A stretch of DNA of 64,000 nt. It comes from Pseudomonadota bacterium. GTDB lineage: Bacteria; Bdellovibrionota_F; JAHFAK01; JBDREC01. This document shows positions 20,767-28,513 of the stretch, piece after piece (within the stretch, counting starts at the first letter, position 1; the number at the start of each line of letters is the position of its first letter). The translations under genes were made by a program, and so were the position numbers. The DNA lies in NCBI GenBank assembly GCA_043820105.1, contig JBDREC010000012.1, forward strand, positions 1 to 64,000, written 5' to 3'. Below the pieces are notes generated by a model. That model was given only the letters and a program-made list of their open reading frames with translations. It had not been told where the DNA came from and did not search any database.

Positions 20767-21334
20767 AATAAATAAAAGTGATTCAAGTCTTGTGCTTGTT
20801 ATGGCCTTAACCCTTATAACTATTATCTCAGCTACCCTTTTAGCCATTGTTTTCAAAGCAACTGAACAGCCTATTGCTGATGCTTTAAGAAAAGAAAAAC
20901 TAAAAGCTATTTCAGCAGTCCTTGGAAATTATGCCAATGAGCCTGATAAAGATGAAATTAATTTAAAAAACAAATATATATATCCAGCAAAAAACGCAGA
21001 AGGCAAATTAATTGGCGTAGCTTTTAAAACATCATCACAAGAAGGATACAGTGGTTTAATCGAACTTATGATGGGTGTTGATAATAATGGAAAAATAAAA
21101 GGCCTGTATGTTTTAAATCACAAAGAAACACCAGGCTTAGGCGACAAAATGTCACATGATTTTTTCAAAAAGCAATTTATTGGCAAAAACTTAGAAAACT
21201 TTAACTTTAAAGTTAAAAAAGATGGTGGTGATGTTGATGCAATTACAGCAGCTACTATTACTTCAAGAGCAGTGTCAAGTGCTCTGGAAAATGGCTTAGA
21301 ATTTTATAATGATATTAAGGATAATATACAATAA
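20753..21334 (+). CDS. rnfG: Rnf complex subunit G
   Basis: ATG at 20753 after GGAGG; ETPGLG; FMN motif [10 protein letters not shown]. Confidence 0.94.
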   Translation: MNPSKINKSDSSLVLVMALTLITIISATLLAIVFKATEQPIADALRKEKLKAISAVLGNYANEPDKDEINLKNKYIYPAKNAEGKLIGVAFKTSSQEGYSGLIELMMGVDNNGKIKGLYVLNHKETPGLGDKMSHDFFKKQFIGKNLENFNFKVKKDGGDVDAITAATITSRAVSSALENGLEFYNDIKDNIQ

Positions 21335-21335
21335 T

Positions 21336-21403
21336 AGCTGTAAGCGGTAAGCTGTAAGCGGTAAGCAAAAAAACTTACCACTTACCACTTATCACTTACC
21401 ACT
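21336..21403. repeat. Inverted heptamer array (GTAAGCN)n-A tract-(CTTACCA)n between rnfG and rnfE
   Basis: Read directly; near copy at 22008-22073. Confidence 0.9.
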
Positions 21404-21418
21404 GAAAATGGTATTTAA

Positions 21419-22009
21419 ATGAATTACACACAAGAGTTCACAAAAGGAATAATTGCAGAAAATCCAGTTTTGCGACTACTACTTGGCCTTTGCCCAGTAC
21501 TAGCTGTTACAACTTCCGCTATAAATGGAATTGGCATGGGTCTATGCACTTTATTTGTATTATTAAGCTCAAACATTGTTGTATCCTTAATGAAAAACCT
21601 TATTCCAGGTAAAGTTAGAATACCATGTTTTATAGTAATCATAGCTTCCTTTGTTACAATAGTTGATCTTTTTATGAAGGGATTTTTCTTTGATTTACAT
21701 AAGACTCTGGGTTTGTTCATTCCTTTAATTGTTGTAAACTGCCTGATTCTTGGTAGAGCCGAAGCCTTTGCATCAAAAAACAACACTTTTTCTTCTATCC
21801 TTGATGCTCTTGGAATGGGTCTTGGTTTCACTTTATCATTAATGTCCCTGGGGCTTGTAAGAGAAGTATTAGGCAATGGAACAGCTTTTGGCTTTGCAAT
21901 AATGGGAAAATCATTTATGCCGGTATTAATAATGATAATGCCTCCAGGGGCTTTTATAACTCTGGGAATAATGTTGGCTTTGTTGAATAAGATTGAAAGA
22001 AAAGTTTAG
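21419..22009 (+). CDS. rnfE: Rnf complex subunit E
   Basis: LLGLCPVLAVT, LFIPLIVVNCLILGRAEAFA. Confidence 0.96.
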   Translation: MNYTQEFTKGIIAENPVLRLLLGLCPVLAVTTSAINGIGMGLCTLFVLLSSNIVVSLMKNLIPGKVRIPCFIVIIASFVTIVDLFMKGFFFDLHKTLGLFIPLIVVNCLILGRAEAFASKNNTFSSILDALGMGLGFTLSLMSLGLVREVLGNGTAFGFAIMGKSFMPVLIMIMPPGAFITLGIMLALLNKIERKV

Positions 22010-22073
22010 CTGTAAGCTGTAAGCAGTAAGGTGTAAGCAAAAACTTACCACTTACCACTTACCACTTACCACT
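22008..22073. repeat. Inverted heptamer array between rnfE and rnfA
   Basis: agctgtaagctgtaagcagtaaggtgtaagcaaaaacttaccacttaccacttaccacttaccact. Confidence 0.9.
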
Positions 22074-22086
22074 TTAAAGGTAAAAA

Positions 22087-22674
22087 ATGGAATCACTCGT
22101 TAATCTAGCCCTAATCGTAATCAGCGCAATGCTCGTATCAAACGTCATATTTATGCGCTTTTTGGGTATTTGCCCCTACCTGGGAGTGTCTAAAAAAATC
22201 GACACTTCAATTGGAATGGGTTTTGCTGTTATTTTTGTTATGACCTTAGCTTCAATTGTTACCTTCCTTTTGCAGCACTTTGTTTTAAACAAATTTGGCT
22301 TAGAATTTCTTCAAACAATAGTCTTTATTTTAGTTATAGCTTCACTAGTCCAGCTTGTTGAAATTATCTTAAAAAAAGCAGTTCCAGCTTTATATCAGGC
22401 CTTAGGAATTTATTTACCTCTTATTACCACAAATTGTGCTATTCTGGGTGTTGCAATCTTAAGCATTCAAAAAGATTATAGCTTTATTGAAATGATCTTC
22501 TTTTCAATTGGCTCAGGCTTTGGTTTCATGCTCGCTATTGTTATTTTTGCAGGTCTAAGAGAAAAACTAGAAATCATGGAAATCCCTGAATCTTTAAAAG
22601 GCGCTCCAATTGGTCTTATCACAGCTGGTTTAATCGCCATGGCTTTTATGGGCTTTGTAGGTTTGGTGAAATGA
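22087..22674 (+). CDS. rnfA: Rnf complex subunit A
   Basis: [29 protein letters not shown]. Confidence 0.96.
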   Translation: MESLVNLALIVISAMLVSNVIFMRFLGICPYLGVSKKIDTSIGMGFAVIFVMTLASIVTFLLQHFVLNKFGLEFLQTIVFILVIASLVQLVEIILKKAVPALYQALGIYLPLITTNCAILGVAILSIQKDYSFIEMIFFSIGSGFGFMLAIVIFAGLREKLEIMEIPESLKGAPIGLITAGLIAMAFMGFVGLVK

Positions 22675-23714
22675 AATTAGTATTCGGTATTCTGTATTCA
22701 GTATTCAGTAAATACGCCTTACTCTGTACTCTGTGCGCGGTACTATTCATTTCCACCACAGCACCCATCTATTCAACTGAACAAATCTACAAACATAGCT
22801 TCTTTCAAATGGGCACTCTTTTTAACATTACAGTGTCTACAAAATTATCTGAAAAACAACTTAAAGAAGTATTTAAAGACTGCGAATTGGAAGCAAAGCG
22901 AATTAATGATGTTTTTTCCGTATACAAAAAGGATTCTCAAGTTTCTCAAGTAAATAAAAATGCTGGTTTAAAACCAGTTAAAGTAAAAAAAGAAATTATT
23001 GATATTATAAAAACTGCAAATTCTGTATCAAAAAAGACTAATGGTGCCTTTGATATTACTTTCTTGCCTGTTGGCAAATTGTGGGATTTCATGATGGAAA
23101 ATCCAAAGCTTCCACAAGAAGCATCAATAAAAAACAAATTGCGTCTTATAAATTATAATAAAATCATTATTGATGAAGAAAATAAAACAGTATTTCTAAA
23201 AGATGAAGGAATGAGCTTTGGTTTTGGAGGAATTGTAAAGGGTTATTCCTTAAAGCAAATCAGCGAAATCCTGAAAAAAAATGGCATTAACAATGCAATT
23301 GTTGATGGGGGCGGAGATCTCTTTATTCTTGGTAAAAAACCAAATGATAATTGGGCAATTGGTGTAAAGGACCCAAGAAATAAAAATGCTCTTGTCTACA
23401 GATTAAAGGTTAATAAAGACCTTGCTTGTGTTACATCTGGAGACTATGAACGCTTTTTTATTTATGAAGACCAAAGATATCATCATATCATTGACCCTAA
23501 AACTGGATATCCAGCAAATAAAACCCGCTCTGTCACTTTGCTAGCCAAAGATCCGAGTATAGCCGATGCTTATGCTACTGCTATTTTCATTCTTGGAAAA
23601 GATTTAGGTTTAAAGCTTGCAAATGAAACACCTGAAATCGAGGTGCTTTTAATAGATAATGAAAATATAACTCATTCTAGTCTTAACTTTTTTAAGTGGG
23701 TAACTAGTTTTTAG
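22671..23714 (+). CDS. apbE: FAD:protein FMN transferase
   Basis: [42 protein letters not shown]; follows the rnf genes. Confidence 0.95.
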   Translation: MKLVFGILYSVFSKYALLCTLCAVLFISTTAPIYSTEQIYKHSFFQMGTLFNITVSTKLSEKQLKEVFKDCELEAKRINDVFSVYKKDSQVSQVNKNAGLKPVKVKKEIIDIIKTANSVSKKTNGAFDITFLPVGKLWDFMMENPKLPQEASIKNKLRLINYNKIIIDEENKTVFLKDEGMSFGFGGIVKGYSLKQISEILKKNGINNAIVDGGGDLFILGKKPNDNWAIGVKDPRNKNALVYRLKVNKDLACVTSGDYERFFIYEDQRYHHIIDPKTGYPANKTRSVTLLAKDPSIADAYATAIFILGKDLGLKLANETPEIEVLLIDNENITHSSLNFFKWVTSF

Positions 23715-25077
23715 TAGGCCTCTTATCAAGAGGTAAAACTAATTTAAACGTTGTTCCAACATTTTCCTTGCTCTCAACATTTATTAGACCATTGTAGTTT
23801 TCAATAACTGATTTTACAATTGTTAAGCCAAGCCCCTTTTTATTTTCACCAAAGTTTCTAGTGAAAAAAGGATTAAAAATATTATTTATATTTTCCTTAG
23901 ATATGCCCATTCCAGTATCTTCAATTTCACATACTAAGACTTGATCACCAGGGGAATAGTATTTTGATACATGTCTTGATGACTGATATTTTATTTCATC
24001 AAGTTCCTCCACATAGGCGTGAATTCTTAATGTACCATAATCATCCATTGCGCTCATTGCATTGTCTATTAGATTACTAATAGCTATTGAAATCTTATTT
24101 GAATCTACGTATAATTCTGGAAGCTCAGAATCAAAGCGCTTATCAATAAGAATTCTCTTTTTTTCAATTCTATTTTGAAAGAATGTAAGAGTCTCATTTA
24201 TTATTTTCGTAAAATCACATTGCTGGAATTTTGCATCAGTAATTTCTGAATATTCTGATAAGCCATCAATAATATTTTTCACTCTATTTGTATGAATTTC
24301 AATTGATTCAAGAGCTTCCTGGCAATTTACACTTTCTGGATCTATCATATCTTTTAAATATTGCACATTCAAATCAATCATTGTAGCTGGCTCCCTAAGT
24401 TCGGCTTCAACTCCTTTTGAAAGCTGCCCCAACAGGAACAATTTTTCAGAGTCATGAAGAATCTCGCGCAGTTTATCCCTTTCAACATGAGTCTTTTTAA
24501 GCAAACTTATGTCTCTTAAAAGATAAACAGACCCATTTAATTTTTCCAAATTACCTTTAATGATCTCTAAGTGTATTGTATCTCCATTAGTCTTAAGTCC
24601 AATACCATTAAAGATATTATAGCCATGCTTTTTATAAACATCATGGTACAAGGACTTCATTAGATAGGTGTTGTTCTTTCTTTCTGAGAATATTTGCCCT
24701 ATGCTTTTACCTATTAGATCTTTTGGTTTATGCCCATAAACATTTTCAATTGAATTAGATATATACATAATCTTATTTTCGCTATCTGCTAATAATAACA
24801 CATCTGGATTAATTCCACTGAGCACATATTGCAGTTCTTTTATCTTTTGTTTTGCCTTTTTCCACTTTCTATATAAAACATAAATACAGGAAACTAAAAT
24901 TGAATAAATAATACAATCAGCTAAAAAAGAATAAGAAAGCAGAAAACTATCAGTATCTGGTTTGTAAATAAACAGGAATAAGTTCATGAAAAAACTAGCC
25001 AAAGCCAGAAATAATGTAAAAAGCACCAGGGAAAATAGAAATATTTTGTTTTTGTCCTTAATTTTATAATCTATCAT
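23704..25077 (-). CDS. Membrane PAS-domain sensor histidine kinase-like protein with a degenerate H-box
   Basis: Two TM helices, PAS, N box NLIDNA, G1 DTGMG, F box FNPFFT, G2 GLGL; H-box reads GVEAELREP. Confidence 0.9.
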   Translation of the reverse strand: MIDYKIKDKNKIFLFSLVLFTLFLALASFFMNLFLFIYKPDTDSFLLSYSFLADCIIYSILVSCIYVLYRKWKKAKQKIKELQYVLSGINPDVLLLADSENKIMYISNSIENVYGHKPKDLIGKSIGQIFSERKNNTYLMKSLYHDVYKKHGYNIFNGIGLKTNGDTIHLEIIKGNLEKLNGSVYLLRDISLLKKTHVERDKLREILHDSEKLFLLGQLSKGVEAELREPATMIDLNVQYLKDMIDPESVNCQEALESIEIHTNRVKNIIDGLSEYSEITDAKFQQCDFTKIINETLTFFQNRIEKKRILIDKRFDSELPELYVDSNKISIAISNLIDNAMSAMDDYGTLRIHAYVEELDEIKYQSSRHVSKYYSPGDQVLVCEIEDTGMGISKENINNIFNPFFTRNFGENKKGLGLTIVKSVIENYNGLINVESKENVGTTFKLVLPLDKRPTKN

Positions 25078-25131
25078 AAAACCTCCCCTTTAAGACCCAT
25101 TAAAATCATATCAAATATTTTTGCATAAATC

Positions 25132-25177
25132 TGTGACCTACGTCACAAAAGTGAAAAAAAATGTGATTATTGTTACA
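25132..25177. promoter_or_regulatory. Two CRP/FNR-family-type boxes
   Basis: TGTGA-cctacg-TCACA (25132-25147, perfect) and TGTGA-ttattg-TTACA (25162-25177), 30 bp apart. Confidence 0.65.
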
Positions 25178-25202
25178 CTTAAAAATTTTGAGCTGAGCTA
25201 CT

Positions 25203-25319
25203 TTCAAAACTCATCCTGCTGTCATCCTGAATTTATTTCAGGATCCCTTGGAATCAGTAATCTATTGGGATTCTGAAACAAGTTCAGAATGACAATATTT
25301 TGTTAATTTGTGTTTTGAA
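25203..25319. repeat. REP-like palindromic element GTCATCCTGAA...TTCAGAATGAC
   Basis: Two internal hairpins inside an inverted frame plus outer TTCAAAAC/GTTTTGAA; half copy at 38587-38612. Confidence 0.8.
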
Positions 25320-25440
25320 ATTACTTCTGTTATTTATTAATTATTGATTATTCAAAGGTTTCAAAGGGATTTAATAGATAAAGTTGGTATTGGTTTTTCG
25401 GTATTCGGTATTCAGTGATTAAGGCACTCTTGTTCTCTTA

Positions 25441-25737
25441 CTAAATCTCTATTTTTTCATAATCTTCAAAAATAATTTTTTTAAAATCATCATCTAGTCT
25501 AAACCAATCAAGAACATCAACCCTATATGGAAGTTTTGAGTTTTCAAAGGCTTCTTTAATTTTTGTCATCTGGCTAAAATCGATTTTAAGCTTGTTTTTT
25601 ATTACTAGATCCAGATCAGAATGCTTTCGGCTCTCTCCATTTACTCTTGAACCAAAAATGTAAAGCTCAGCTTCTGGAACAAACTTTCTTAAAATATATT
25701 TAATTAATTCCATTTCACTTTGTGTAACATCAATCAT
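25441..25737 (-). CDS. Minimal nucleotidyltransferase (MNT) antitoxin
   Basis: LYIFGSRVNG...SDLDL...RVDVLD; ATG at 25737 overlaps the upstream HEPN gene. Confidence 0.9.
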   Translation of the reverse strand: MIDVTQSEMELIKYILRKFVPEAELYIFGSRVNGESRKHSDLDLVIKNKLKIDFSQMTKIKEAFENSKLPYRVDVLDWFRLDDDFKKIIFEDYEKIEI

Positions 25738-26152
25738 TTTTCTTCTCAATGTTTTCAAGCAATAATCTAGCATCATTAATAAAGACATTCGCTACTGTTA
25801 ATACCTCTTGGGCAACATTTTGATTGTATATATGTGAAGTCTTATTTCGAGCTTCATGATAATCCATCCATTTATCCACATCTTCAATTAAAAGGTTTTC
25901 TGCAGCTCGCCTAAATAGTTCGCGTCTAGCTACTCCCTCAACATAAGTTTTACCATAGTTAACATCAAGCCATCTTTTCATAAACTTCCAACAAAGCTCA
26001 TAGGTAAATTCAAAATTTTGAATAACACCAGCTTTTACAGAATCCAACTGCTCTTTTGTTAAAGAATCAATCCACGTTGAATCATTAATAACATTAATGG
26101 AGTTTTGCAGAGAAACAAGAGCCTTTTTAAGACTGCTAAGTGATAAGGGCAT
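25730..26152 (-). CDS. HEPN (HI0074-like) toxin / NTase substrate-binding subunit
   Basis: GVIQNFEFTYELCWK; Rx4H motif RNKTSH. Confidence 0.92.
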   Translation of the reverse strand: MPLSLSSLKKALVSLQNSINVINDSTWIDSLTKEQLDSVKAGVIQNFEFTYELCWKFMKRWLDVNYGKTYVEGVARRELFRRAAENLLIEDVDKWMDYHEARNKTSHIYNQNVAQEVLTVANVFINDARLLLENIEKKND

Positions 26153-26370
26153 TAATATTCTCCTGAAGTTTATTTAAGAAAAATCATATACTTTTTGAAA
26201 TTATATGACAATGAGAAAATGTCACTGGTTGGAGTTGGTATTCAGTATTTGTTAGTCAATTTTCTTGTTCCCTTGTCCCCCTGCGCTCTTGTTCCCTTGT
26301 TCCCTTGCGCTCTTGTCCCCTTTTTTATTCATTTGACTTCCTCACTGCTTAAATATATTAGACCTCAATT

Positions 26371-27267
26371 ATGCTTGAAAACATTCCATATATCGGTGAA
26401 ATTTTATCGCTTTCTGTTGCTCTTATTTGGGCTTTTGCTATTATATTATTTAAAAAATCAGGTGAAACTGCTCATCCTATTGCTTTGAATATTTTTAAAA
26501 ATACTATTGGTCTAATTTTTTGCCTTCCAACTTATTTTTTAATGCTTAAAGGCAGCGCTTTTGATATGCCTTTTAATGATTTTTTTCTGCTTTTTATAAG
26601 TGGTGTTATTGGAATTGGAATTGCTGATACCTTGCTTTTTAAGAGTCTTAATATTCTTGGCGCCTCAACTTTAGCCATTGTAGACTGTATGTATGCTCCA
26701 TTTGTAATAATCCTTTCAATTCTATTCTTAGGAGAAACTTTATCAATATTGCAAATAATAGGAACAATTACAATTATTCTGGCAATTTTACTAATAACTC
26801 AAAAAGCAAAAAATGGAAAAAGGCCAAGTAACAATATAATTTTAGGCATAGTGTTAGGCATTCTATCCATGTTAGGCATGGCTATTGGAGTCGTCCTAAC
26901 AAAGCCACTATTATTAAACTATACAACCATGGAAGTTGTTATCTTAAGGCTAGCAGGTGGCATGTTTTTCTTATTCATTACCCTACCCTTTATCAAACAA
27001 AGAACTGCAATCATCAAAACCTTATTTCAAACAAAGGGCCTGGTTTATTTATTATCAGGCTCATTTATTGGAACCTATGTAGCAATTGTTATTTGGATGG
27101 CAGGACTTAAATACACCCAGGCTTCCATTGCCTCTGCTTTAAACCAAACAAGCAATGTATTTTTATTTATTCTTGGAGCAATCTTATTAAAAGAAGCTGT
27201 TTCCAGGAAAAAAGTAATTGCGATTTTGTTGGCTGTTGGGGGCATTTATTTGGTAACTTTTGGATGA
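26371..27267 (+). CDS. DMT/EamA family transporter
   Basis: About 10 TM segments in two repeats; LFLGETLS and ILLKEAVS. Confidence 0.9.
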   Translation: MLENIPYIGEILSLSVALIWAFAIILFKKSGETAHPIALNIFKNTIGLIFCLPTYFLMLKGSAFDMPFNDFFLLFISGVIGIGIADTLLFKSLNILGASTLAIVDCMYAPFVIILSILFLGETLSILQIIGTITIILAILLITQKAKNGKRPSNNIILGIVLGILSMLGMAIGVVLTKPLLLNYTTMEVVILRLAGGMFFLFITLPFIKQRTAIIKTLFQTKGLVYLLSGSFIGTYVAIVIWMAGLKYTQASIASALNQTSNVFLFILGAILLKEAVSRKKVIAILLAVGGIYLVTFG

Positions 27268-27412
27268 CTAAAAGTAGATTTGATTAAATTAATTATTAAT
27301 TATTTTAACCTGTCTAACTTGTCTCCATACTTCTCACATGCTTCATTTTAGCAATACCATTATCCCAAATATATTTTCCTTTTCCTGAAAAATTTCCAGA
27401 TACAAAATCTAG

Positions 27413-27871
27413 TTACTTTATTCTATACCAGGTCCCTTTGCCCGTTCCTATTTTTTCTAATTTATTATTGTGCACAAGATGTTTTATGTGCACCTTGATT
27501 GTGTTTCTGTTTGCCTTTGTTATCTTTTCCGCAGCTTGGACAGTAACTTTTCCATGATTTTTTGCTATTTCAATAATTTCCTGTGACAAAGGAGGCAAAG
27601 AAGAAAGCATATGTTCTGTTTTAACTTTATTCTCTAATGAAACAGATTGCATCTTTAAGATTTTTAGAAAAAAAGTTATCCAACTATTTAATTTATTATT
27701 ATTAGTATACAATGTTTGTTGAGCTTTTCTAAGAGCTAAATAATATTTTTCTTTATTTTCTTCAATTATTTTTTCCAGCGAACTGTAAACAACATATTGA
27801 TAGTCATATTTTAAAAGCATTAATGTAGTTAGTACCCTTGATATTCGTCCATTACCATCTTGAAAAGGGTA
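27413..27871 (-). pseudogene. 5'-truncated Fic-family gene (C-terminal half with wHTH)
   Basis: Upstream of the listed ORF the same frame reads *WYPFQDGNGRISRVLTTLMLLK, i.e. Fic motif HPFxDGNGRxxR without the His; C-terminal KIGTGKGTWY. Confidence 0.85.
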
Positions 27872-28171
27872 CCATTAAATACTCTAAAACAACACATGAT
27901 GTGTGCAGATGGCAGCTCAGCTGCTTGGGATTGGGATTGTACTACCGGCAACTCATATAGTGCTGGAAAATGTCAACCAGGAGCTTCAGCTATGTCCGGC
28001 TGGTTTGGTACAGGTGGAGTTTGTGACAATGGCAATAATGCTCTTAATACTGCTGCTTATGAAGGTTGTGGCACAGGAGGTGTGCCAGCATCTGACACAT
28101 GTGGTAGTGGCTCTACTGCTGATACTAATAATACTCATTGTTTAACAGGAACAGGCCCGAATTCTTTATAA
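27860..28171 (+). CDS. Cys/Gly-rich peptide with seven CxxG units (possible RiPP-precursor-like; 5' end uncertain)
   Basis: CADG, CTTG, CQPG, CDNG, CGTG, CGSG, CLTG; the TTG start overlaps the Fic remnant and has no RBS. Confidence 0.6.
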   Translation: MKRVPLNTLKQHMMCADGSSAAWDWDCTTGNSYSAGKCQPGASAMSGWFGTGGVCDNGNNALNTAAYEGCGTGGVPASDTCGSGSTADTNNTHCLTGTGPNSL

Positions 28172-28450
28172 TCTTTCAATTTTTACATTATTTATTGTAC
28201 TCAAGCACCATAAGTCTTTTTCCCTTGTTCTCTTGCGCTCTTGTTCCCTTTATTTAGCAAAATCAAACAATAAAATAGCAATATCCAATAAGATAAATAA
28301 TTTTTTTAATGCTATTTTGCTCTCATCAAAACATCAACCATGAGGTATTCATGACTCGAAAAGTCCTTATATGCACCATTTATGCCCTTTTCAGGGAAAG
28401 CTAAAACTTAAATAAAGCTATTTATTCATGGCGTTATTTTATTTGACATT

Positions 28451-28466
28451 TGGCATCATTATTGCT
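28451..28466 (+). promoter_or_regulatory. sigma54 promoter for the repeat lipoprotein
   Basis: TGGCAT-CATTA-TTGCT, about 48 bp upstream of ATG. Confidence 0.7.
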
Positions 28467-28513
28467 TATAATGTCGCACTGCATAATAATACAATTATAT
28501 AAAGGAAGTTATT

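Noticed and set aside
26195-26488. 97-aa ORF with PCALVP repeats
   Set aside because: Derived from the CTTGTTCC repeat and out of frame with the EamA gene
28300-28440. Possible riboswitch upstream of the repeat lipoprotein
   Set aside because: Only short hairpins, no recognisable aptamer consensus, and the region lies upstream of the predicted sigma54 promoter
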